Source: a virus. Taken from it: DNA of 64,000 nt. Shown in pieces: positions 37,558-48,249 of this stretch; position 1 is the first letter of the stretch, and each line of letters opens with the position of its first letter. The translations under genes and the position numbers were made by a program. The stretch spans positions 1-64,000 of IMG/VR virus record IMGVR_UViG_3300027816_000081. One strand, written 5' to 3'. Under the pieces are notes generated by a model, which was not told the origin of the DNA, did not search any database, and was given only the letters and a program-made list of their open reading frames with translations.

Positions 37558-40500
37558 TTATGTCTTACCGACCATTATTTCAACGATTCCTAATTCACCG
37601 TTGAAGTTTTCTAGTGATTTACCTACGATTCTTCCTGCACTAGCAGCATTATTTGCATATGCATATCCTGGAATAGTCGCGGTAGTTAATAAGTCACCTT
37701 TATTGACGGGGCCCATTACCTTACATGGTACACGTCCAATAAGAGCAACTTCAACTACGTTTTCGCCTTCAAGCAAGGCGTTCATGATGTATGCAGGATT
37801 AGTAGTGACAACTCCTGCAACCTTATGCGAATCAGCAACATTTTCAATCGTTACTTCATTTTCGCCGCCGAGAACAACAACTGTCCCTGGCTCATAGGCT
37901 TCGTCTGCTACGTAACGTTCTGCAAGGTCAGCGTAAGTAGCTTGCCATCTTGAACCGGCAGTGAGAGTCCAGTTACCAGTTACTGTACCTGCTGTTGTGT
38001 TTGCGCCGGTTGTGATGTTTGCTGTTTGTAGAGCTCCGCTCAACACAGTTGTAGTTGCTGTAAGATTGATACTAGATGTTACGTTGCTTGCGGTTACGAT
38101 ACGAATACCACCAGAAGCAGTTGACCACGGTGCAATAGTTAGGTTAGCATTACCCTGGGCAGAGCTATTAGCATACACGATCATTGCATCGTCAGCGCCG
38201 GTCAAATTATTATATGACCCTGCGCCGGCTCTTGGAATCAAACCTATATCTTGTGTACCATTAACGGCTCTAATGATTTTAGTGGTACTTCCTGTCCCGG
38301 ATGAATCTGTAGAAGCGAAACCTGTTGTCCCAGTAACTGCGAGCGTAGTTAGTGTACCGACACTCGTGATATTAGGTTGCGCCGCTGTTGTTACTGTGCC
38401 TGCTGTTGTTGCGCTTCCTGCGCTTGTTGCGAAAGTTGCGTTAGCTACAGTACCGGTGACATTTGCACCAGTAATTGATGCTAGATTTGCACCAGACAGT
38501 CCAGCAGCAAATGTAGCGGATGAGCCAATTGCACTATTCCAAGTACCGCTAGTAACTGTACCTGTAGTAGTTAAACTTGCTGAACCGGCTAGCGGGCTTG
38601 CGCCAATTGAGTTGTGTGATATAGTTCTAGCGGTGCCACCGTTAAATGTTGTACCACTCGCATCACCAGTGCCACCGTTGTTGAATGTTATTGTTTGTGT
38701 AGTATTAGCTGTAACTGTACCCGAGCCGCCCAATGAGATAGCAGTGCCGTTAACAGTTAGTGAGCTATTAGCAAGTCTTGTTTGTGCTAGCGTACCAGTT
38801 GTGATGTTGCTTGCATTCAACGCAGATAGACCGCTGCCATTGCCTGTAAACACACCTGTATTGGCAGTAATATTAGCAGCGGTAATATTCCCGCTCACAT
38901 CCAATGATGTTAGTGTACCAACGCTCGTAATGTTGGGCTGAGCCGCAGTAGTTACCGTGCCTGCTGTTGTTGCCGATCCGGCACTAGTTGCGAAGCCTGC
39001 GTTAGCAACATTCAAGTTTGCCACTTGAGTTGTGGATGTAACGACTAATGGAGCAGTGCCAGTTGCAACGTTACTGATCAATTGAGGAGCAGTTATGTTT
39101 GCTGTTGCAAGAACTTGTGCTGTTCCCAAATTGCCGACATTTGCGTTTCCTGTAGCATTCAGTGTACCAAATACGTTTGCACCAGTAGTGGTAACATTCA
39201 TCATTGCAGTATTATTTGGTGCCAATGAGATTCTTGGACCACTAGTGGCACTGCCGGTAGCAATTGTTGCGATTGAAACTGAAACGTTATCTACAACTTG
39301 AGTTCTGAATATAGTATTAGGTGAATTCAAGTCGTTATAGATGCCGGAACCAGTACCTGCGGTTCTGATGCCTAATTGTCCGGTGCCAGTTGCAATATCC
39401 AAGAAGTAACCAGAACCAAGACCAACGTTAATTGATAACGGACTGTTGGTTCTTACACCACTTCCTGCTACAACAAGAACGTTTGCGTTTCCTGCTGCTG
39501 AAATATTCACATTACCATTTGCAGCAGGAATACTGACATTACTGTTGCCGTTTGCAAAGACACCGAGTAGATTGCCGACGGTAACATTTCCTGTTACTGA
39601 TAGTGAGGTTAGTGTACCTACTGAAGTGATATTTGGTTGTGCGGCTGTTGTTAAAGTACCAGTTAATAGACTTGCACCGATTGTACCTGAGTTGGCATAA
39701 ACATTACCAGCAGTTACGTTACCGGTAACACTGGCGCTCGTTAGAGTACCGACGCTCGTGATATTTGGCTGTGCCGCTGTTGTTAAAGTACCAGTTAGTA
39801 AACTTGCACCGATTGTACCTGCGTTAGCATAGACGTTGCCTGCGGTGACATTTCCAGTAACAGCAAGACTTGTTAACGTACCGACGCTCGTGATATTTGG
39901 CTGCGCCGCTGTTGTTACTGTGCCTGCTGTGGTTGCAGTTGTCGCACTAGTTGCAGTGCCGCTTAGTGAACCAACAAACGTAGTAGCAGTGATACTTGCA
40001 TTAGCTAAGTTAGCACTAATTGCTGTATTGATTACTGCACTTGAATTTCCATTTGCGCTTGAAGTGCTAAATGTTGGGTATACAGTAGTTGCTGCTGAGG
40101 TATTTTGTAATAATGCACTAGCATTGGTTGCTGCTGTTGCGCTTGCTACAGTACCAGTAACATTAGCGCCCGGTATGTTAGACAAGCTCGTTGCATTACC
40201 ACTGAACACATTAGCTGTAATAGTTCCTGATGTAACTGTGATGTTTCCAGCGTTGATATTACCAGAAACAATCAGTGATGTGATCGTACCAAGACTTGTA
40301 ATATTGGGTTGGGCAGCAGTTGTCACAGTTCCGGCTGTAGTTGCAGTTGATGCAGTGCCGCTTAGTGAACCAACAAACGTAGTAGCAGTGATACTTGCAT
40401 TAGCTAAGTTAGCACTAATTCCCGAGTTAACTACCTGCTGCGACCATCCATTTGATGCAGAGGTAACGAATGTCGGGAATGCGCTAGTTGCACTTGAAGT

Positions 40501-43500
40501 ATTAGTCAACAAACTGCTTGCAGAAGCAGCATTTGCAACAGTTCCGGTTACGTTTGCACCAGGAATATTACTTAGATTGGTAGCATTTCCTGAGAAAATA
40601 TTAGCAGTAATTGTACCTGATGTAACTGTTATGTTTCCGGCGTTAATGTTTCCAGAAACAATCAATGATGATATCGTACCAAGACTTGTGATATTTGGCT
40701 GTGCTGCTGTTGTTAAAGTACCAGTTAGTAAACTTGCACCGATTGTACCTGCGTTAGCGTATACGTTTCCAAAAGTTGCAGTGTTTACAACTGTTAGTCC
40801 ACCGCCTACACTAAGATTCCCAGTATTTTTGTTGAAGGTTAAGTTCGCATTACCTGCGTAAGTTGAGCCGCCATCATTGAAAATAACTTGTGTGTTAGCA
40901 CCTTGTGCAGGAACTAATGTAGCGGTATCCCATGTTAGACTGCCTGAACCATTCGTTCTTAAGAAAGCACCGTTGGACCCGCCTGTAATAATTACGTTAC
41001 TGTTGGGGCCTAGATTGCTCACACCAACTACGTTAAGACCAGTTAATGTACCCAAACTCGTTACATTAGGCTGCGCCGCTGTTGCTAGCGTACCGGTTAC
41101 CAGTGTAGCAGAAATATTTCCTGCCGACAAATTACCTGTTACGTTAGCAGTGCCATTGATATTTGCACCAGTACCGGTTACGACTACAACGTTAGCATTT
41201 CCGGCGGAACTGATTCTCACATTGCTGTTAGCGTCAACTGTTACGTTTGAGTTACCGTTGACAATGAAACTACCTGCACTAACTGCGATGTTAGTCAATA
41301 GACCACCGTCACCCTGGAAGAAGTTTGCAACTGCAAGATTGCCTAAGTTTGCATTTCCTGATGATAGATTTCCAGAAACAGTCAATGAAGACAGTGTACC
41401 AACACTCGTAATGTTTGGTTGCGCTGCTGTAGTTACTGTACCTGCGGTAGTAGCTGCACCAGCAGTAGCAGCATTCAAGTTAGCAACTTGTGTAGTACTT
41501 GTTACTACTAGCGGAGCTGTACCAGTGGCAACATTTGATATTAGTTGAGGCGCAGTAACGTTAGCAGTTGCAAGAACTCGTGCTGTGCCCAAATTACCAA
41601 CGTTAGCATTACCTGTTGCATTGAGTGTTCCTGCAATATTTGCACCGGTCCCGGTTACGACTACAATGTTAGCATTACCGGCGGCGCTGATATTGACATT
41701 GCCATTTGCAGCAGGAATATTAACATTGCTGTTTCCGTTTGCCAAAGCACCTATGAAATTACCCGACGTAGTGTTTCCACTCACACTTAAACTGGTCAAT
41801 GTGCCAACACTAGTAATGTTGGGCTGAGCGGCAGTTGTTACTGTACCTGCTGTGGTAGCACTCGTTGCTGTTGTAGCTGAGTTGGCAGTACCATAGAAAT
41901 TACCAATGAAGAAATTAGCATTTACAGCATTTCCTAAGTTAGCATTTCCTGATGAGATATTTCCACTAACAGACAGCGAAGTGAGAGTACCGACACTCGT
42001 AATATTAGGTTGAGAAGAAGTTGTTAACGTCCCACCTAACAATAGAGCACCGATTGTACCTGAGTTAGCATACATATTGCCAGCAGTTACATTACCCGTT
42101 ACCGCAAGAGAAGTTAAAGTACCAACGCTTGTGATATTAGGTTGCGCTGCTGTTGTTACTGTGCCTGCTGTAGTTGCAGTAGTTGCACTAGGCACAGTGC
42201 CAGTCACGTTGGCGCCAGCTAGATTAGTAAGTCCTGCGCCATTACCAGTAAAGATTCCGGTATTTGCAGTGAATGCGACTGCGGTTACAGTTCCGTTTAC
42301 ACCAAGTGATGTTAGCGTGCCAACACTAGTGATGTTAGGCTGTGATGCAGTTGTCACAGTACCAGCAGTGCCCGCGGTAGCAGCATTCAAGTTTGCAACT
42401 TGAGTAGTTGATGTAACTACTAGTGGTGCAGTACCAGTTGCAATATTACTGATTAACTGCGTGCCTGAGATGTTTCCAGTAGCAATAACTCTGCCTGTAC
42501 CTAAATTAGCAACATTAGCATTACCGGTTGCGTTTAACGTACCTGCTACGTTGACACCTGTACCAGTCATTACTACGACATTAGCATTTCCTGCAATGTC
42601 AAAATTGATGTTTCCGTTAGCAGCAGGAATAGCAATGTCTGAGTTGCCATTAGCAAGATTACCTACAAAATTAGCAGCGGTGACATTACCCGTAACTGAT
42701 AGACTTGTCAACGTGCCTACTGAGGTAATGTTTGGTTGTGCAGCGGTTGTTACGGTGCCGGCAGTAGTTGCACTTGTTGCTGCACCAGACAGAGCACCAA
42801 CAAATGTAGTTGCAGTAATAGAGGCGTTACCTAAGTTCGCACTAATACCTGTGTTGATTACTGCACTTGAGTTTCCATTCGCACTTGAGGTAGTGAATGT
42901 CGGATATACTGTTGTTGCAGTTGAGGTGTTCTGTAGAAGTGCGCTTGCATTTGTTGCTGCGCCTGCTGTGGCAGCATTCAAGTTTGCAACTTGTGTGGTT
43001 GAGTTGACAACAAGAGGAGCAGTACCAGTTGCAACGTTTGAGATTAATTGGGGAGCAGTGACATTGGCAGTAGCTAATACTTGTGCAGTTCCCAAATTAC
43101 CAACGTTAGCGTTACTTGTTACGCTTAATGCACCGGTGGTAGTTAAGTTGCCACCTGTGATATTTCCAGTTACGTTAGCGGTGCCTGTTGCAACAATTGA
43201 TGTAGTTCCCAAATTACCAACGTTAGCGTTACCTGTAGCATTTAATGTACCAGTAATGTTAGCTCCGGTTGCAGTAACGTTCATAGTAGCGTTACTTCCG
43301 ATTACTATGTTGAGGTTTCCGCCGGAGACAGGGATGTTGGCATAGCTAGTGCCATTCAATATTCTTGTATTTGCAACTGCACTTACGTTGGTAAGATTAC
43401 TTCCATCGCCGTACAAGAAATTAGCATTTACTATATTAGCATTGATGTTGCCGGCAACATTAGCAGTTGCAGCGGTAATTAGTGCAGTAGCATTAATATT

Positions 43501-44064
43501 TCCTGCATTGACATTTGCTGTAATGTTAGCATTGGCAGTAACATTCAAGTTACCAGTTACGTTTGCATTTGCACCTACTAGTATATTGTTGGTAATATTA
43601 GCATTGTTGGCATTAACATTAGCAGTAGTAGCTATGTTTCCTGTAAAGCTAGCGGTATTACCGTTGATTTGTAGATTAACATTGACGGTATTAGCGGTAA
43701 GAGTGTTTCCTATAGTGATATTTGAAACACCGGTGACATTTGCCGGCAAGTTAATAAAGAACGGAACTGAGCCGTTAGTAATAAAGGCTAGTGGGCCGGG
43801 ACTAGCGGGTGAGCCAGTAGAAAGATCAAGAGTAGAACTTTCAATTCTGACTTGAGCGATGTTAGCACTTACAACAACATTTCCAGTAGGCGAGTTAACG
43901 GTGATACCTGCACCTGCGGTTCTATTAACCGAGATAACTGCCTGATCTTGAAGACCTGAAAATAATTCGGTAAAATTCTGTTGAACTTTGTCAAATGCTG
44001 TTCTGATTGCATCTGCATTTGGATCGTCAGGAAAACTACCAAAGTCAATATTGCGTTGTGCCAT
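37558..44064 (-). CDS. Long repetitive tail fibre
   Basis: Many TAGTVTTAAQPNITSVGTLTSL repeats; C-terminal YADLAERY..EPGTVV..VALIGRVPCKV chaperone-like domain; start probably MAQRN. Confidence 0.85.
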   Translation of the reverse strand: MAQRNIDFGSFPDDPNADAIRTAFDKVQQNFTELFSGLQDQAVISVNRTAGAGITVNSPTGNVVVSANIAQVRIESSTLDLSTGSPASPGPLAFITNGSVPFFINLPANVTGVSNITIGNTLTANTVNVNLQINGNTASFTGNIATTANVNANNANITNNILVGANANVTGNLNVTANANITANVNAGNINATALITAATANVAGNINANIVNANFLYGDGSNLTNVSAVANTRILNGTSYANIPVSGGNLNIVIGSNATMNVTATGANITGTLNATGNANVGNLGTTSIVATGTANVTGNITGGNLTTTGALSVTSNANVGNLGTAQVLATANVTAPQLISNVATGTAPLVVNSTTQVANLNAATAGAATNASALLQNTSTATTVYPTFTTSSANGNSSAVINTGISANLGNASITATTFVGALSGAATSATTAGTVTTAAQPNITSVGTLTSLSVTGNVTAANFVGNLANGNSDIAIPAANGNINFDIAGNANVVVMTGTGVNVAGTLNATGNANVANLGTGRVIATGNISGTQLISNIATGTAPLVVTSTTQVANLNAATAGTAGTVTTASQPNITSVGTLTSLGVNGTVTAVAFTANTGIFTGNGAGLTNLAGANVTGTVPSATTATTAGTVTTAAQPNITSVGTLTSLAVTGNVTAGNMYANSGTIGALLLGGTLTTSSQPNITSVGTLTSLSVSGNISSGNANLGNAVNANFFIGNFYGTANSATTATSATTAGTVTTAAQPNITSVGTLTSLSVSGNTTSGNFIGALANGNSNVNIPAANGNVNISAAGNANIVVVTGTGANIAGTLNATGNANVGNLGTARVLATANVTAPQLISNVATGTAPLVVTSTTQVANLNAATAGAATTAGTVTTAAQPNITSVGTLSSLTVSGNLSSGNANLGNLAVANFFQGDGGLLTNIAVSAGSFIVNGNSNVTVDANSNVRISSAGNANVVVVTGTGANINGTANVTGNLSAGNISATLVTGTLATAAQPNVTSLGTLTGLNVVGVSNLGPNSNVIITGGSNGAFLRTNGSGSLTWDTATLVPAQGANTQVIFNDGGSTYAGNANLTFNKNTGNLSVGGGLTVVNTATFGNVYANAGTIGASLLTGTLTTAAQPNITSLGTISSLIVSGNINAGNITVTSGTITANIFSGNATNLSNIPGANVTGTVANAASASSLLTNTSSATSAFPTFVTSASNGWSQQVVNSGISANLANASITATTFVGSLSGTASTATTAGTVTTAAQPNITSLGTITSLIVSGNINAGNITVTSGTITANVFSGNATSLSNIPGANVTGTVASATAATNASALLQNTSAATTVYPTFSTSSANGNSSAVINTAISANLANASITATTFVGSLSGTATSATTATTAGTVTTAAQPNITSVGTLTSLAVTGNVTAGNVYANAGTIGASLLTGTLTTAAQPNITSVGTLTSASVTGNVTAGNVYANSGTIGASLLTGTLTTAAQPNITSVGTLTSLSVTGNVTVGNLLGVFANGNSNVSIPAANGNVNISAAGNANVLVVAGSGVRTNSPLSINVGLGSGYFLDIATGTGQLGIRTAGTGSGIYNDLNSPNTIFRTQVVDNVSVSIATIATGSATSGPRISLAPNNTAMMNVTTTGANVFGTLNATGNANVGNLGTAQVLATANITAPQLISNVATGTAPLVVTSTTQVANLNVANAGFATSAGSATTAGTVTTAAQPNITSVGTLTSLDVSGNITAANITANTGVFTGNGSGLSALNASNITTGTLAQTRLANSSLTVNGTAISLGGSGTVTANTTQTITFNNGGTGDASGTTFNGGTARTISHNSIGASPLAGSASLTTTGTVTSGTWNSAIGSSATFAAGLSGANLASITGANVTGTVANATFATSAGSATTAGTVTTAAQPNITSVGTLTTLAVTGTTGFASTDSSGTGSTTKIIRAVNGTQDIGLIPRAGAGSYNNLTGADDAMIVYANSSAQGNANLTIAPWSTASGGIRIVTASNVTSSINLTATTTVLSGALQTANITTGANTTAGTVTGNWTLTAGSRWQATYADLAERYVADEAYEPGTVVVLGGENEVTIENVADSHKVAGVVTTNPAYIMNALLEGENVVEVALIGRVPCKVMGPVNKGDLLTTATIPGYAYANNAASAGRIVGKSLENFNGELGIVEIMVGKT
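39952..40420. repeat. 70-bp identical direct repeat pair (39952-40021 and 40351-40420) in tail fibre
   Basis: tgcagtgccgcttagtgaacc...agcactaatt twice, 399 bp (133 codons) apart. Confidence 0.85.
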
Positions 44065-44118
44065 GTTAATTATCACCCATTATATTGTATTTATCGTTTT
44101 GGATTCATTTACGATTGG

Positions 44119-44151
44119 CAAAAAAAATAGCCGGGAACTAGCCCGGCTATC
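44119..44151 (-). terminator. Rho-independent terminator
   Basis: atagccggg-aactag-cccggctat stem with T-run on minus strand. Confidence 0.85.
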
Positions 44152-44168
44152 TTTAGATTTTTATAGAC

Positions 44169-46661
44169 TTACTTGACTCCGGCAAGCTTTACCCAGTCAT
44201 CAACTGAGTCGCTTACTGAACCCTGATGGTCATGCATTCTTTCAGTCTGACCAGCAATAACAGGAACAGTCGTCTGACCAGTTGACTTAGGCTTGTTGAG
44301 TCCACCTGCAATAACCTTGGTCATGAATTCAATGTCTGCTTCAAATGATGCATCAGTACCCTTCTTACCTGCATTGTTAGCCCACTCAGTAAGTTCTTCT
44401 TCTTTCAACTCGTCAGAAGTATCGTACCATGCTTTACCATAATCCGGGCCATCTTCTTCGTCGTCAAAATCCTTGTCATCTTTCTTGTCATGTTCAGGAT
44501 GCTTTGGCTTATCGCCTGAACCTTCTGACAATTGATCAAGACGATCTAACAAATCAAAGAACGATTCGTTTACGCTCTTAAGAGCAAGAGCCTTATCTTC
44601 TTCAGCTTCAGCTTCTTCGTCGGCAGTAGTTTCTGCTGCACCTGAATCGGGTGCGTTATCTTCTGCAACTTTGAATTCCATTTGATCTTCTGATTCTACT
44701 TCATCGACCATTTCTTTTGAACCGCAACTGTGTCCAGCTTCCATCATTCCGCCGCATTCCATGCAAGCTCCTTCGTTAGCTTCTTCTTTGTCACAATCAC
44801 AATTGCCTTCTTCGCAGTCGCAACCACCTTCTTCATCAGCGTAGTCTTCTGCACCCGATGCTTCAACACCGCTTAATTTCTTCATTAGACCAAGCATATC
44901 ATCTGAGCCATCAACTACATCAATATCTACGCCGCCTGCGCCAACTTCATCCGGAGCTCCATGTGCTGGCTGAATTGACATTGCACTTGATGGTTCATGT
45001 GCAGCTTCATCGCCGAACAAACCAAGACCAGCGTGCTTTACAAGTTGTAGTAGTTGGTCTGCTTCTGCATCTTGTGCAGTGATAGTTACTGAGTCAGGAG
45101 CATTCTGCTGACCCTTAGAAACTGATACTGAAAGACCTTCTGACAAATCTTCGCTTTCGTTAAGAAGTGCATTAAGCTGCTTGTCAAGTGATTCAAATGC
45201 ATACTCGTCAATCTTTGCATCATGTGATGTACGATCAGTGTATGTCTTACCACCTACGGTGAACTTGCCTCCCTTTGGAGTCTTTGCAAGTGCTGCGGTG
45301 AAAGCGTTGCCTTCATCCATTTCGTCTTCTTTATAGAAGCCGCCACCGCGTTGAAGATCCATATCTGAATGTGACATTGCAGTAGCCGGGTCTTTCTTAT
45401 GATAGTCATAAGCACCCTTTGCCATAGCGCCCGCGCCGGCAAGAGCGGCAGCGCCGCCAAGCGCAAGAGCAGCCTTACCCAGTCTGCCTTCTTCCATTTC
45501 ATCTTCCATTGCAGGCATTGCAGGCATTGCAGCACTTGCCATTCCAGGAACAGTTGCTGGCATAGCAGTTTCATAAACGCCCTGACCATAGCATTCGTCA
45601 AGACCTTCTTTGTAGCCCTCGTGATATGCCTTCATTTCTTCTAGGTCTTCGTATCTCTTGCCAGAGTGTGCATGACCTCTTAGACCGTGTGATTTGCCCT
45701 CTAAGCGGGCTGCACTAATTCTGTGATTCATAGATTCATCTACCTTTTTCTTTTTCTTGTCGGCTGCCGCCTTCTTCATTGATTCTTTCTTGTTGCCATC
45801 TTTGTCAAGGTCTAAGAAGTCTGGCTTCTTACCTTCTAAAGTTGTTTGACTACGACCAGCACCTAGATTGGCACCTTGGGTATCAATGCCGTTAGTAGGA
45901 GCTATATCGCCTTCTTTTACTTTCTTGGGAAGCTTGCTTACCTTTTGTCCGTGACTTTTCTTGATAAACTCTTTTGCAACCTTCTGACTTACACCAGTCT
46001 TCTTAGCAACATCTTTGTCATCAGCAGCAGCATACATTAATTTTGCTTGTTGCTGACTTGCAAACTTTTCGTCAAGCTGTTCTTCTTGAACCTTACCCCA
46101 ATCACTCTTAGCACGAATAGCAAACGCAAGTTCTCTCATCTTACCGAACTCTGGCGAACCCTTCTTGTGTGGGCCACTTGCCTTTAGTTTGTTATAAGCT
46201 TTAGTAAGTTCTGCCTTGTCTTTTCCAGCATACTTACCCTTCTCACTTGGAGCTACTTTAGTTTCAGCATCCCACTTTTCTTTCATTTGCATTTGACCAG
46301 CTGGTTGCTGACCAGTTGCACCTGCAGGTGCCGGCTGACCTGTTTGACCAGCAGTTGGAACAACGATTTGCAATTTCTTCTGCTGAGCAAGATCACCTAC
46401 TGCTTTGCTTAAAGCTTGTGCAGCAGGACTTGTATCGGTTACATTGATAAATCCTGCGCCAGTTTGTTGGGTGCCGCCTTCTTTTCCTACTACAGGAACA
46501 GGCTGTTTTGTTGCCATTGTCTCAAAAATGTCTTTAAGACGAGTTGGCTTAGTTTCAGCGTTTATGGGTGGCTTAGTTGAATCTTCACTCAACATTTTTT
46601 TCTTAGTAACCTTAGGAGCAGTAGCTTCTAATTCAGTTAATTTACCTAGAATGTCTTTCAT
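44169..46661 (-). CDS. Large modular prohead core/internal protein
   Basis: Low-complexity; many L/M/V-x-E junctions; modules KPDFLDLDKDGNKKESMKKA, EGNAFTAAL; ends WVKLAGVK. Confidence 0.55.
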   Translation of the reverse strand: MKDILGKLTELEATAPKVTKKKMLSEDSTKPPINAETKPTRLKDIFETMATKQPVPVVGKEGGTQQTGAGFINVTDTSPAAQALSKAVGDLAQQKKLQIVVPTAGQTGQPAPAGATGQQPAGQMQMKEKWDAETKVAPSEKGKYAGKDKAELTKAYNKLKASGPHKKGSPEFGKMRELAFAIRAKSDWGKVQEEQLDEKFASQQQAKLMYAAADDKDVAKKTGVSQKVAKEFIKKSHGQKVSKLPKKVKEGDIAPTNGIDTQGANLGAGRSQTTLEGKKPDFLDLDKDGNKKESMKKAAADKKKKKVDESMNHRISAARLEGKSHGLRGHAHSGKRYEDLEEMKAYHEGYKEGLDECYGQGVYETAMPATVPGMASAAMPAMPAMEDEMEEGRLGKAALALGGAAALAGAGAMAKGAYDYHKKDPATAMSHSDMDLQRGGGFYKEDEMDEGNAFTAALAKTPKGGKFTVGGKTYTDRTSHDAKIDEYAFESLDKQLNALLNESEDLSEGLSVSVSKGQQNAPDSVTITAQDAEADQLLQLVKHAGLGLFGDEAAHEPSSAMSIQPAHGAPDEVGAGGVDIDVVDGSDDMLGLMKKLSGVEASGAEDYADEEGGCDCEEGNCDCDKEEANEGACMECGGMMEAGHSCGSKEMVDEVESEDQMEFKVAEDNAPDSGAAETTADEEAEAEEDKALALKSVNESFFDLLDRLDQLSEGSGDKPKHPEHDKKDDKDFDDEEDGPDYGKAWYDTSDELKEEELTEWANNAGKKGTDASFEADIEFMTKVIAGGLNKPKSTGQTTVPVIAGQTERMHDHQGSVSDSVDDWVKLAGVK

Positions 46662-47290
46662 TATCTGCCTCCCATTGCGCCTGTGCGAGGCTTTTCTGGT
46701 CTCGTGATCTTAGTCATTGGACTTTCTTTGCCCATTGTTGCCATTAGTGTTTCTGGCTTGAAAGGATCAAATGCATCAGGAGTCTTCTTGCCCTCATAAG
46801 GAATGTCAATCTTGTCATCCTTAGTTTGTTCTTTGATGCTGTCAAGATAGCTGTTACCATATGCTTTTGCAGCTTCTTTAGCACCGGGCTGTTCTTCAAG
46901 TTCTTCATGAGTTAGAACAGGGCTGTGATCCATTTGATTTTCATAGCCTTCCATTTCGGAAGTGACGCTCTCATCATAGCCGGTTTTTACAAGACGAACC
47001 ATGTTTACATTGTAGCCAAGCAATTGAGCAATCTGTTGGATCATAGGTTCTGTAGCAGGATATCTGAATTTTGCTCTGATTAAAGTTACTGGCTCGTTTG
47101 ACACATCATTGAATCCATATGGACTCTTTTGAATAGGGGTAGTCTTTGGTTCTGACATTTCAATTGGGTCAAACTTTTTAAGATTATACTTGAACATGTC
47201 AAGCCAGTTCTTATCAACCTGTCCCGCAATTTTGACAGTATAATCGTAAGTGTGAACACTTTCCATGATATATTGTTTTAAGCTACGCAT
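46661..47290 (-). CDS. Putative head/internal protein
   Basis: N-terminus MRSLKQYIME; late promoter upstream. Confidence 0.55.
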   Translation of the reverse strand: MRSLKQYIMESVHTYDYTVKIAGQVDKNWLDMFKYNLKKFDPIEMSEPKTTPIQKSPYGFNDVSNEPVTLIRAKFRYPATEPMIQQIAQLLGYNVNMVRLVKTGYDESVTSEMEGYENQMDHSPVLTHEELEEQPGAKEAAKAYGNSYLDSIKEQTKDDKIDIPYEGKKTPDAFDPFKPETLMATMGKESPMTKITRPEKPRTGAMGGR

Positions 47291-47322
47291 ATGGATCCTT
47301 GCAATATTATATTATGTATTTA

Positions 47323-47802
47323 TCACTGTTCATTATTTTTGTTGGCGAGCATCTTAAGCAACTCGTTTCTATCAAATGCTTGCCCTTCGCCTAATGGAGT
47401 ATTTTCTACTTCTTCATTTTTTGCTGCATTCTTAGCGTCAAGCTGTGCTTTCTTCATCTGTAAATCAAGCATTTTAAGCTTTTTGTTGATCTTGGCTGTC
47501 TTAGCAGTGATAGCGTGACCAAGCATACTACTTGCACTGTTAAAGATTTCTGAACTAAAACGTGATTCAACCTGCATACCCAAGTCCATAAGGTCTTTGT
47601 AACTTGCAGTGGCCATTGCGGCTAGATCATCCATTTCATTGTCAGCAGCTTCTAATCCTTTAACTTGAGGCAATGCTGCCTCAATCTTATCTAACGTGCT
47701 TAGTGCATTTTCTGTCACTTCTTCAGTGACTTCAGGTAGAGGAATAGTGAGGTCATTGTCCCCAGATGATAGTTCAAATAATTCTTCAAGCTTTTTGGTC
47801 AT
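47323..47802 (-). CDS. Coiled-coil protein, possible terminase small subunit
   Basis: Helical hairpin loosely like gp16; next to head-completion gene. Confidence 0.35.
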   Translation of the reverse strand: MTKKLEELFELSSGDNDLTIPLPEVTEEVTENALSTLDKIEAALPQVKGLEAADNEMDDLAAMATASYKDLMDLGMQVESRFSSEIFNSASSMLGHAITAKTAKINKKLKMLDLQMKKAQLDAKNAAKNEEVENTPLGEGQAFDRNELLKMLANKNNEQ

Positions 47803-47813
47803 AAAGTATTTAT

Positions 47814-48248
47814 TTACTTAGAGCCATTCCTGAATATATCATCTTCGGTGATGACTCTAAAAGTTAATCCCTGCTGTTTACAATATGCAGCGGCTGCGCT
47901 CCATTTAGCATGATTGATCGCAACGATTGCTCTATCTTTCGCACTAGCAACTTTACTTTCAATTACGCTCTGCTTTTTGGGCTTAATCTCAACTACCTCA
48001 GCCACTTTCTTGCCAAACTTGTTTTCATATACTACAAAAAAGTCCGGAACATAGATAGTGGGTTTACCGGTTAATGGATGCTTGTATGGGATACGCATAG
48101 CTTCGCTTGCCCAGTATATAATGTTTTTGTTGGTATCACAAAAAGTCATGAACGTGAGTTCCCAACCAGAACGATATTTAGGCTTGTGTTTGCCTATGTA
48201 CTTTTCTGGGTTTTTAGGTGTGTATATACCTTGCGCCCAATTACCCAT
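47814..48248 (-). CDS. Head completion nuclease (T4 gp4/TnsA-like)
   Basis: PKNPEKY, YRSGWE, WASE, YVPDF, EIKP, N.AKW.AA. Confidence 0.88.
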   Translation of the reverse strand: MGNWAQGIYTPKNPEKYIGKHKPKYRSGWELTFMTFCDTNKNIIYWASEAMRIPYKHPLTGKPTIYVPDFFVVYENKFGKKVAEVVEIKPKKQSVIESKVASAKDRAIVAINHAKWSAAAAYCKQQGLTFRVITEDDIFRNGSK

Positions 48249-48249
48249 G

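Noticed and set aside
38300-43000. Recurring ~30-60 bp repeats resembling a CRISPR array or DGR template
   Set aside because: In-frame, synonymously varied protein repeats with irregular spacing; no cas or reverse transcriptase gene in the window
37508-43855. Long plus-strand ORFs (up to 341 aa) opposite the tail fibre
   Set aside because: Antisense shadows of Thr/Ala/Asn/Gly-rich repeats; Val/Pro/Ala-rich, with no SD or motifs
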